Below are positions 24,375-34,996 of a stretch of DNA of 55,182 nucleotides, one piece after another. The notes below the pieces were generated by a model. That model made no database searches, was not told the DNA's origin, and saw nothing but the letters and a program-made list of their open reading frames with translations. Every line of letters starts with the position of its first letter. The stretch's first letter is position 1. The translations under genes and the position numbers were made by a program. Source of the stretch: Pelomyxa schiedti (taxonomy: Eukaryota > Protista > Evosea); assembly GCA_020536535.1 (NCBI GenBank), contig JAHLWZ010000030.1:1-55182 (forward strand), in the 5' to 3' direction.

Positions 24375-25682
24375 ATGGCCACTGCGCAGTTGACGACCAC
24401 AGGGCCGTTCTCAGGGTTCCTCCGCGTGGATGGGTGCACGACCGCCACGGCGCAGTCCCTGTTTGTTGCGCTGGCACTGGCCTCCCACCCCCGCTGCGGC
24501 GCCCGCACGTCCCTGGGCTGCCCCGAGCACGGCGGCCCGTGGCTGTCCTTCCTGCGGCAGCTTTGGAGCGACTTCGTGCTGCCCTCCCGCGTGACCCTCG
24601 TGGCCGACATCGAGGCCGGGGAGAAACGAGACGGTGGCCGGGGCGCCCTCGACTCTCCGCCCGCTCGCACCAGGTTCGCCGTCTCCGTCTGCGTGTCTCC
24701 GCTGGTCCTGGCCCCCATCTGGCCCGTAACGACTCACCCGTACACAGACGGCGACCGCCTTGACCTCCACAGGCACATCATCAAGCAGTGGGTCAACAGG
24801 ACCTTCGAGATATACGTCGAGGATACGGCGGCCCCGCCTCAGACTCAGACTCAGTGCCGGCCTCGCTACAAGGTGCACCCCAACAACCGGGGAATCTACA
24901 GTGCAAACTCCAAGTGGGTAGTGATGTTCACTCTTGGCGACGGCGGAAATGGGAGCAAGGCGATAATCCACAGGGCTGAGGACTTGGCCAGCCTCAAGTT
25001 CACTCGGCGCACCGTAAACTCGCCCCGCCCGTGGTACATGAAGTACCTGTCCTTCTGTGCGCAGTCAGATCCAGACAAAGCGGTGCTTGTGGTGAGGGAA
25101 CTACGCCCCCGCGAGATCCTGGTCTCAGTCATGCTGATTGACGTCGCCAAGTCGTTTTACACGCAGACCCTGGTGGTTGTGTTCGAGACAAAGTGCCAGA
25201 TTGGAGGCGACCCCAGGCTTTTTGGACTGGACAAGGTCCTGAGCCTGAAAACAGCGGCCGGAACCCAGTGCTTTGTTCTGAGAAAGACCAACTACGATGG
25301 GAGCCATTTCCTGCTGTGCGGGGTGTATGACGGCGTGCACGTGGCGAGTCCAATTCGGACCAACGTGGACCCGAAAGATCTGATGGTATCCCAGGTGACA
25401 GAATCGCAGTTCTGCGTGAGCCCCAGGTGCGAGCCTAGCGCCTTTGCGGAGTTATGGGACTGCAGCGACCTCAGTGGGCCTCTGAAGGTGCTTCAATTTG
25501 GGGAGCTGGGTGGGACTGGTCCCGGGAACTCGTGCACAACAACAGGAACTATGGAGGGGTGCTGTGGGTTCCTGTTTGTGAACTGTGGTGACAGGATCAA
25601 GGTGATACACGCTACCAGTGGAGTGTGCTGCCTCACTGTGGTTGTGCCCATTTGTTTTTTATCCAGCGTCACTCGCCTGTAA
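24375..25682 (+). CDS. Hypothetical protein, HPRCG-motif family (single exon, about 435 aa)
   Basis: Uninterrupted ORF; LFVALALASHPRCGARTS; DKAVLVV..LIDVAKSF, SQVTESQFCV, ELWDCSDLSGP, IHATSG. Confidence 0.8.
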   Translation: MATAQLTTTGPFSGFLRVDGCTTATAQSLFVALALASHPRCGARTSLGCPEHGGPWLSFLRQLWSDFVLPSRVTLVADIEAGEKRDGGRGALDSPPARTRFAVSVCVSPLVLAPIWPVTTHPYTDGDRLDLHRHIIKQWVNRTFEIYVEDTAAPPQTQTQCRPRYKVHPNNRGIYSANSKWVVMFTLGDGGNGSKAIIHRAEDLASLKFTRRTVNSPRPWYMKYLSFCAQSDPDKAVLVVRELRPREILVSVMLIDVAKSFYTQTLVVVFETKCQIGGDPRLFGLDKVLSLKTAAGTQCFVLRKTNYDGSHFLLCGVYDGVHVASPIRTNVDPKDLMVSQVTESQFCVSPRCEPSAFAELWDCSDLSGPLKVLQFGELGGTGPGNSCTTTGTMEGCCGFLFVNCGDRIKVIHATSGVCCLTVVVPICFLSSVTRL

Positions 25683-25790
25683 ACTGAATAGTGATAAACT
25701 GAATAGTGAATGTGCACCTTACAAATGAAGATCAAATCAGTATTTTTTCTGATGGAATGTTTGTCCCAATTCGAAAACGGGTGATGAGCA

Positions 25791-28700
25791 TCAGGGCAGT
25801 GATGGGGAGATGAGATCCCACAATCTGAGGAGGGAAGACATTGTGGGCCTCATCGCATGGTCCACTGTCCAGCACGATGTCATGACTTGCTTGGCCCATT
25901 CTGGTGTCATTGTATCACCTGTGAACATCGGCACGATGGTGCAGCCTGTCTTCACCGCCGCAACTGTTCCCACACGTTGTGGCTCCACTCTGATGGTTTC
26001 GCATTGTGGGTGCGGCACAGTCGAGTGGTGATGGTGAGGGAGGAATTTTCCGGCAGGGTGATGGCCTGTTGTGATTTGTATTTCAACCAAGGGATTGGCC
26101 GGGTGGTGCACAAGTTGATGCACCACAACACCTGAAATGAGTATGAGTGAAGGAATGTCTGACAATAGAAACATATACCAAAGTTCCACACGTCTGTCTT
26201 GGGATCGCCGGTGCCGGGGGTGCCGGTAGTGGAGGGAGGTTCCAGAAATGAGTTGTGATGGATGTTGTTGGTTTTGTGGGATGTCGTTTCCGGATGTTCT
26301 CGCGGTGGTAGGTATCCAAAGAATCCAAACTGTTCAATCGGTCGTTACCGGTATATATATTTAAATATTTAATAATTATTCATAAATTATTATAAATTAA
26401 TTATTTCTGAGATACACCACAGTAACGACCGACTGAATTAATTAGAATAAATTTTATGAGGGAGATATAACAACCCTTGCCCAAGGTCCGCCGGATTCCT
26501 GAAGTGATGTGATCCAAATGCATCCTGTGTGTGGTTAAGTGTGAATCGTTGGTTTTTTGTTGTGGTAACGCAGTTGTTGGGGTGGGGATTGGGGAAACAA
26601 ACAAACCATCTTCAATGAAGAGTCCATCGTGAACGAGAGGAGGCTGTTGAGAGTGTAGGTGCTCCAGTCCCTTGGCGACATCTCTCAGAATCTTCTCCCT
26701 CAAACTCATTGTCAAGAGACTCCCAATAAACAATGACACCTCGGCGGAAGGTCTCATCATCAACAGTTCCCTCAGGTTGAGTGGTGAATCGCAGAAGAAG
26801 CTCTGAGCAATTTCTGTGAAAATGGTGTTTGGAGGAAGTGAGAGGGATAGAGGCTCAGATATCACCCACAGCTTTGCTTCATCACGAAGGTGAGCACCAG
26901 TGTAACTAACAAGTTCACGTGGGTGCTTTGAAATCTCCCGCAAAACAGAAATCACAGGCAACACTGTTTGCGCTGCATACAGAGCTCTCTCCCCCTCATA
27001 AATTGTTTGACCAAAACTTCCAGAAACAGAGGGCAGTGTGCCAATCATGAGATTAAAAAATTCCGGTGCGATGTCGATCAGTTTCACGAGTGGTTCATCT
27101 CCTTCCTGCTTCGGGCATTTGAGGTTCCTCTTTCCATGCAGTGCAGCCATGAGCACATCACCTTCTTTGAAGAAGTGGAGAGTCGCACTATTTTCACTGT
27201 AAAGAGCATTCTTCAAACAAAAGGGACACGGGAAGAACTGCACTGCTGAGAGGTTGTTGACTTGGAAAAATCTGTTCAACCACATCAACACATGGGCTCC
27301 CAGGTTGACCCCAAACGAGGGTGAGGCACTGGCTTCATCAGATGAAGAAAATGTTGTTCTCATGAACATGCAGATCGACTCCCCTGGTTGTTCAGTGACC
27401 ACAAGATCCTGTGTGACTCCCTCACACTTCTTTGACACCCACAGGCCAGTCTTCCAAAACACCTCTTGCTGAACTCCTGGTATCTGTGCCACCATGTTCA
27501 TCAGTTCTGTGAACAGACTTCCGTGAATACTTTCAAAACGGAAGGATCTTCCGTTCACAATGATTTTGTCCTTGCTGGGTTGTGGTGTCCCCTCGATGTC
27601 AGGTCCCCAGAGTTTTATCACTCTTTCCAAGGCTTCGGTATTCCAGTCAGGCAGCAGACAGAAGGAAAGGTTGAGAACGTTGTCACACATGAACGCCAAG
27701 TGCAGTTCCTGAAGAAGAGATGACATCCAAGAAGAAATGCCTGGCACCCGAGTCTGAACCTGGAAATCCCACAATATTTTTTTGGCAGAGGCAGCCATGT
27801 TATTGAAGTGCTGGACGTTGGTAGGATCTGTCGGGTCCATGAACATGACGCGATCTTCCTTGAGCTGGTCGACAGAGATCCACATTAGATTTCGAGTGAG
27901 GTCAGATGACAACTTGTTGAACCACTCGAGATTCAGGACAACGAACTGAGACAAGTTTGGATGGGATGAGTTTGACCAGAGGGGATGCCTGAAGTGGATG
28001 ATGGATCCTGTGTCCGACAGGAAATCGCAACACGTCTCAAGGTCAGCCTCTGATTTGATTCCTCCTCCACCATCACGGGAAGGAACACCAACACCACACG
28101 AAACAGCCAGTCGAACAAAGTCACTCCACTTGATGATGCTTTTACGCACGGCTCTCAGTCTCTTGGAGAATGCGATCCATCTTGGTGAAACTGGCCTTGT
28201 GGTTTCTCTGGCAATCCTTTCCAGGAGTTGGTCCACCCTTCCAATTTGCTTTCCTGTGGCTGGTGTGTTCGTTGATGACTCGTTGAAGGAGAATGGAGTG
28301 GAATCGGAGAACCACTCGAATGACTTCAAGGTGCTGACAACATAAACTCCACGCAATGTGATGCTCTTGAAGCGGTCTGATGAATGTAGAATGAGGTCCA
28401 CTGTTCGCGAGAAGTTTTTCTGGATGTCAGTGAACACTTTGGAGGGGGTGAACACGATGAGAATGATCTGGGCATTTCCGTGAACGTTTGATTGGCTCCA
28501 GCACCTCGATATCTCATCAAGCCAGAAGAACAATCTCTTTGGCGGATCGGTGCCATCCAAATTGAAGGAAACCAAGAAAACGGAATTGCTGCAGAAGAAG
28601 CACGGGAAAAACGGGTGGCAGTTTTCATCTGAGTTGGAAAAAAAATTTAGATCGAGGACAAAAGATAAAAAGGATGTTGATGATGAGGAAAAGGACACAC

Positions 28701-30200
28701 CCAAGCTCCACACTGTCCATGTGTGTGATGCCTCTTTGTTGTGCATCTTGAAATCCTGCTGAATGTTGATGACAGACGGTGGAATACTCTTTATTTTGGG
28801 GTTCAACTTCAGTTTGTGGCCTCTGTCCTTCAAGCATTTCAAGACCTCTCCCTGCAAGCGATTGTCTTCTCCAAATAAAATGAGTTTTCTGGAATTTGGA
28901 AACGTGGGCAACTCTCCAAAGAGCATGCGGTGCATATCCCATCCAGCTGGTTCTTCTTTGGTCTTGTCAAACAGGACAATATCCTGTATTTTGGCACGGG
29001 GAAGCCACTGTGGAAGTTGAGTGATGGAGTTTTGACGAAGGTACAGTTTCTGACATGTTATTCCTGCGAGCTGTTCTGGTACTGATTTCAAATTCAGGCC
29101 CCCAAGGGTGACGTCCTCGTGTTCCATTGCTTTTGCCAGTATCAGCTCAGTAATTGCAGGCCAATTTTTCACTTGAATCCATCTCCTCAGTGCACGCCCC
29201 GCAACTGCAATCCCTGGATGGTACACGTGACTGTTTTCTTGACTCTCATTGCTTGGATGGTGGAAATTTTGAAGAAAGTTATTCCTGACAGTGGAAGGAG
29301 ACATCTCCGTTATATCAAGCGCATTTCCAGGTGGCAGGCATGATTCTGTGTTTTTGTGAATCTCAGATATTTGGGCGGCTAAATATACTGTAACCAGGGA
29401 GTTTCGCACTCACAGTTTCAAGTATTGAACAAAACAACCCCCAAGGGTGCCCTTCTTTTATGGTCGCTTTCAACAACTTGAAAGCACCGATCTGTTGTCG
29501 ATTAGAATATGAAAATTTCAAAATACAGCTAACTGATATGTATGTATCTCTATGCGTATAATGATATAATATGTATGTCACACGCCATGAACGCCAGTGT
29601 AAATCCGACCTCCCCAACTTTTTCAGCATCTCCCATTCCACAATCCACGAGAATCAGGCTCCTGCTGTTGGCCGCGTTGTCCCCGCTGCTATGTTCATCC
29701 ATGGTCATGTGTCCCCCTCCTCCATACTCCCATCTCAGGTCCGTAACCAACTGGTCCAGGCAAGTTGCGAGGCTAGGTGACTTGGCCATAGCCACGACAA
29801 CGACTGTAGCAGCAGCGGCCTCGTTGTCATTGGTTGCCCCCCCCGTCTTACTCCCCCCCGTCCTCCCATGATGATGGCCCCGCTGCTCCCTCCACCCGTT
29901 CCTATTTAGCCGCAGCCTCGCTCTCCCCCGGCCTGACGCCAGTTGTGTGCTGGTGGGGGTGCCCGAGGCGGCTGAGGCGGCGGGCCACTGCTCGGGGAGC
30001 GTGACGGTGAGGTCGCCGGGGTGCTGGTCCGCCGATGCGGCTATGCCGCGTGCCACGAGGCCCTCGAACAGCGCGGAGATGCACTCGGGGTCCCCGACGA
30101 ACACGCACTCGATCACCCGGGGGGCCAGCGACTGTTCGAAAGGCCGAGGACGAGGACTGGGGGCACCGTCGGCGGGGTCGAGGGACGCGGCCGATGTCAT
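25791..30200 (-). CDS. Roco-like pseudoenzyme copy F (apparently intact)
   Basis: ORFs 29550-30419 (VIECVFVGD..LILVDCG), 29363-29641 (IGAFKLLK), 26401-29409 (LRR-Roc-COR-kinase N part) and 25791-26189 join through conserved introns. The exon 1/2 junction needs either a GC donor or an upstream acceptor. Confidence 0.82.
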
Positions 30201-30310
30201 TGTGAGTGTAATCCCGTGTGTAGGAAAAGCGTCAGTATCAAAGCGTCCATTCTCGGGAATGGAACAGATCGAAAAAAAGGGTGATGAGTGTCTGCCTTGA
30301 TGCTCACACA

Positions 30311-33300
30311 TCAGGGCAGTGATGGGGAGATGTGATTCCACAATTTGAGGAGGGAAGACATTGTGGGCCTCGAGGAAGGATCCACTGTCCAGCACGATGT
30401 CATGACTTGCTTGGCCCATTCTGGTGTAATCATCGTCGTAGTATCACCGGTGAACATCGGCACGATGGTGCAACCTGTCTTAACGGCTGCAACTGTTCCC
30501 ACACGTTGTGGCTCCACTCTGATGGTTTCGCATTGCGGGTGCGGAACGGCGGGGTGACTGGGATGGAATTTTCCGGCAGGGCGATGACCTGCCGTGACTT
30601 GCATTTCAACCAAGGGGTTGGCCGGGTGGTGCACAAGTTGATGCACCAGAACACCTGAACATGTGCGTGAGTATGAGTGAGGGAATGTCTGACAATACAC
30701 ACCAAAGTTCCACACATCTGTCTTGGGATCGCCGGTGCCGGGGGTGCCGGTTCCGGTTGCGGTTGCGGAAGGAGGTTCCGGAAATGAGTTGTGAGGGGTG
30801 TGGTGGTGGCTGTTGTTGTTGGATTTATGGGAGGTGGTTTCCGGATGTTCCCGCGGTGGTAGGCATCCAAAGAATCCAAACTGTTCAATCGATCGTTACC
30901 GGTAATTTCATGTTGGAGGGGAATAACAACCTTTGCCCAAGGTCCGGTTGTTCCTCCTGATTCCTGAAGTGATGTGATCCAAATGCACCCTGCACGCGTT
31001 GTGAGTGTTGTTGCTGTGATTCATTTTGGTTTGTTGTGCCACATTTTAAATAAATCTATAATAATAACGGGCGTCGCGCGCGCGGGGCGGGGGCTGGTTG
31101 TGTGGTGGGAGAACAAAGTCAACAAACCATCTTCAAGGAATAATCCATCGTGAACGAGAGGAGGATGTTGAGAGTGTAGGCAATCCAGTGCTTTGGCAAC
31201 GTCTCTCAGAATCTTCTCCCTCAAACTCATTGTCAAGAGGCTCCCAATAAACAATGACACCTCGGTGGAAGGTCTCATCATCAACAGTTCCCTCAGGTTG
31301 AGTGGTGAATTTCTCAGGAAGGTCTGAGCGATTACTTCCGGTGAAAGGTTGTTTGGAGGAAGTGAGAGGGATAGAGGCTCAGATATCACCCACAGCTTTG
31401 CTTCATCACGAAGGTGAGCACCAGTGTAACTAACAAGTTCACGTGGGTGCTTTGAAATCTCCCGCAAAACAGAAATCACAGGCAACACTGTTTGCGCTGC
31501 ATACAGAGCTCTCTCCCCCTCATAAATTGTTTGACCAAAACTTCCAGAAACAGAGGGCAGTGTGCCAATCATGAGATTAAAAAATTCCGGTGCGATGTCG
31601 ATCAGTTTCACGAGTGGTTCATCTCCTTCCTGCTTCGGGCATTTGAGGTTCCTCTTTCCATGCAGTGCAGCCATGAGCACATCACCTTCTTTGAAGAAGT
31701 GGAGAGTCGCACTATTTTCACTGTAAAGAGCATTCTTCAAACAAAAGGGACACGGGAAGAACTGCACTGCTGAGAGGTTGTTGACTTGGAAAAATCTGTT
31801 CAACCACATCAACACATGGGCTCCCAGGTTGGCCTCAAAGGCGGGTGAGCCACTGGCTTCATCGGATGAAGAAAAGGTTGTTCTCATGAACATGCAGAGC
31901 GACCCCCCTGGTTCCTCAGATGTGAGCAAAAGATCTTGTGTGACTCCCTCACACTTCTTTGAGACCCAGAGGGCTGTTTCCCAAAACACCTCTGGCTGAA
32001 CTCCTATCTGTGCCACCATGTTCATCAGTTCTGTGAACAGACTTCCATGAACATTTTCAAGTCGGAAGGATCTTCCGCTCACAATGATTTTGTCCTTGCT
32101 GGGCCGTGGTGGATTTCCGGATACATTCCCGGTGATGGGTCCCCAGAGTTTCCTGAGAGTCATAAAGCCTGTCCCCAACTGGCCAGGCAGCAGACAGAAG
32201 GAAAGGTTGAGAACGTTGTCACACATGAACGCCAAGTGCAGTTCCTGAAGAAGAGATGACATCCAAGAGGAAATTCCTGGTTGCCGAGTCCGATCCTGCA
32301 CATCCCACAATATTTTTTTGGCCGAGTCGGCCATGTTATCGAAGCACTGGGCAGGGGGAGACCTGCCAGTCAGTGCATGGAAGCGGTCAGCAGATATTCC
32401 ACTGACAGCTTGAGTGAGGTCAGATGACAGCCTGTTGAACCACTCTGGATTCAGGAGAACGAACTGAGACAAGTTCGGATGGGATGAGTTTGACCAGAGG
32501 GGATGCCTGAAGTGGATGATGGATCCTGTGTCCGACAGGAAATCACAACACATCTCAAGGTCAACCTCTGCTTTGGTTCCACAACGGGAAGGAACACCAA
32601 CACCACACGAAACAGCCAGCCGAACAAAGTCAATCCACTTGATGATGCTTTCCGGAACCACCCTCAGTCTCTTGGAGAATGCGATCCACCTTGGTGAAAC
32701 TGGCCTTGTGGTCTCTCTGGCAATCCTTTCCAGGAGTTGGTCCACCCTTCCAATTTGCTTTCCTGTGGCTGGTGTGTTCGTTGATGACTCGTTGAAGGAG
32801 AATGGAGTGGAATCGGAGAACCACTCGAATGACTTCAAGGTGCTGACAACATAAACTCCACGCAATGTGATGCTCTTGAAGCGGTCTGATGAATGTAGAA
32901 TGAGGTCCACTGTTCGCGAGAAGTTTTTCTGGATGTCAGTGAACACTTTGGAGGGGGTGAACACGATGAGAATGATCTGGGCATTTCCGTGAACGTTTGA
33001 TTGGCTCCAGCACCTCGATATCTCATCAAGCCAGAAGAACAATCTCTTTGGCGGATCATCCTTCAAAAAGAATGACACCAAGAAAACGGAATTGCTGCAG
33101 AAGAAGCACGGGAAAAACGGGTGGCAGTTTTCATCTGGGTTGGGGAAGAAAATTTGAGATTGAGAACAAAAGATAAAAGGATGGTGATCAGAGGGAAAGG
33201 GGCACCACACACTTAAGTTCCATACTGTCCATGTTTGTGATTCCTCTTTGTTGTGCATCTTGAAATCCTGCTGAATGACATACGGTGAAATGCTTGAGAT

Positions 33301-34922
33301 GTGCTTTTTTTTGGAGTTCAACTTCAGTTTGTGGCCTCTGTCCTTCAAGCACTTCAAGACCTCTCCCTTCAATCGATTGTCTTCTCCAAATAAAATGAGC
33401 TTCCTGGAAGTTGGAGCTATGGGCAACTCTCCAAAGAGCATGCGGTGCATATCCCATCCAGCTGGTTCTTCTTTGGTCTTGTCAAACAGGACAACATCCT
33501 GTATTTTGGCACGGGGAAGCCACTGTGGAAGGTGAGTGATGGAATTGTGACGAAGGTCCAGTTTCTGACATGTTATTCCTGAGAGCTGTTCTGGAACAGA
33601 TCTCATATTCAGGCCCACGAGACTGACAACCTCGTTTTGCATTGCCTTTCCCAGTATCAGCTCGGTGATTGCAGGCCAGTTCTTCACTTGAAGCCATCCT
33701 TCCAGTGCCAATCCAACCGCGATCGTTGCGCGGTGCGGCTCATGGTTAGCTTGACTCCCGTCGGTTGGTTCATGGTGGGAATTTCGAAGTAACTTATTCC
33801 TGACAGTGGAAGGAGACATCTCGGTGATCTCAAGTGCATTTCCGGGTGGTAGAAATGATTCTATGTTTTCGTGACCAAACGCCAATGGCAATATTTGTTT
33901 TTTTTTATGAGTGGATATACCGTAACCGGGGAGTCTTGCCGTTTCAAGTATTGAGCGAAACAGTCCTTGTGGGGTGCATTGGTGCCCTTCTTTGGTGGTC
34001 CCTTTCAACAACTTGGATGCCCCGATCTGTGGTAGTTGTGAGGAAACAATTCGGCTAAGAGAGAGGAGAAACACACCGAAAACGCCACTGCGAATTTGGC
34101 ATCCCTGACTTTGCTTGAATGTGTAATTCCAATTCCGCAATCCACAAGCAACAGGTTCCTGGCATTAACAGCCGCAGCCGCGGCGAGCCCCCCCACGTTC
34201 TCCCCCTTCGCATACAGCAGGGCCAGTTCGTGCGCCAAGCTGTCAGGGATCTGGTAGTCCGGATTCCTCGCCATTCCCACAACCACAACCGCGTCCACTC
34301 CCGCTGCCCCGCTGCCCTCCCCGTCCAGCTCCCCTTCCGCGGACCCCCCCTCCGTCGCCGCCTCCCTCGCCGTCGCCCTCTCCCTGTCCCCCTTGCCCCT
34401 CGCGGGTGCCCTGTTTTGCCTCGCCATGTCCTCCCACAGCTTCCTCATCATCAGGACGTTCTTCCACTCCACGCGGTTGAGCCTCACCCTCACCCTCCTC
34501 CTCGTCGTCCCCGTCCCCGTCCCCCCGCCTCCGTGGGGCTCGGCGCCCCCCTCCCGCTCCCGCTCCCCCGGCGCCGCGTCTCGGGTTGGCCCTCCGTTGT
34601 GGTGGCACCGCTCATGGTGTGCTGTTGTGGGGTGCCGCTGGGCCTCTGTTGCTACTGCGGATGGTGATGGTGATGGTGATGGTGTGCTGGTGGGCCGAGG
34701 TGGTGGCTGGTGGACCTGGGGGGGCAAGGGGGGCAACAGGTCTTGGTCGGGGAGCGTGACGGTGAGGTCTCTGGGGTCTTGGCCCGGCGACGCGGCGATG
34801 CCTCGGGCCACGAGGTCGTCGAACAGCGCCGAGATGCAGCCCGAGTCCCCGACGAACACGCACTCGACAACCGGCACCGCTTCGTGTTGTCCGTGAGGGC
34901 TCGGGCGGGAACGATGCGCCAT
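30311..34922 (-). CDS. Roco-like pseudoenzyme copy G (apparently intact)
   Basis: ORFs 34005-34922, 31021-34140 and 30311-30715; all domain motifs and six GT-AG introns present. Confidence 0.85.
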
Positions 34923-34996
34923 CCACGCAGCGAGAATTTATTTCGTTGTCGCTGGTCAAGTCGTTTTTCGGCGAAGGGATTCGGGGAAATCTGATT

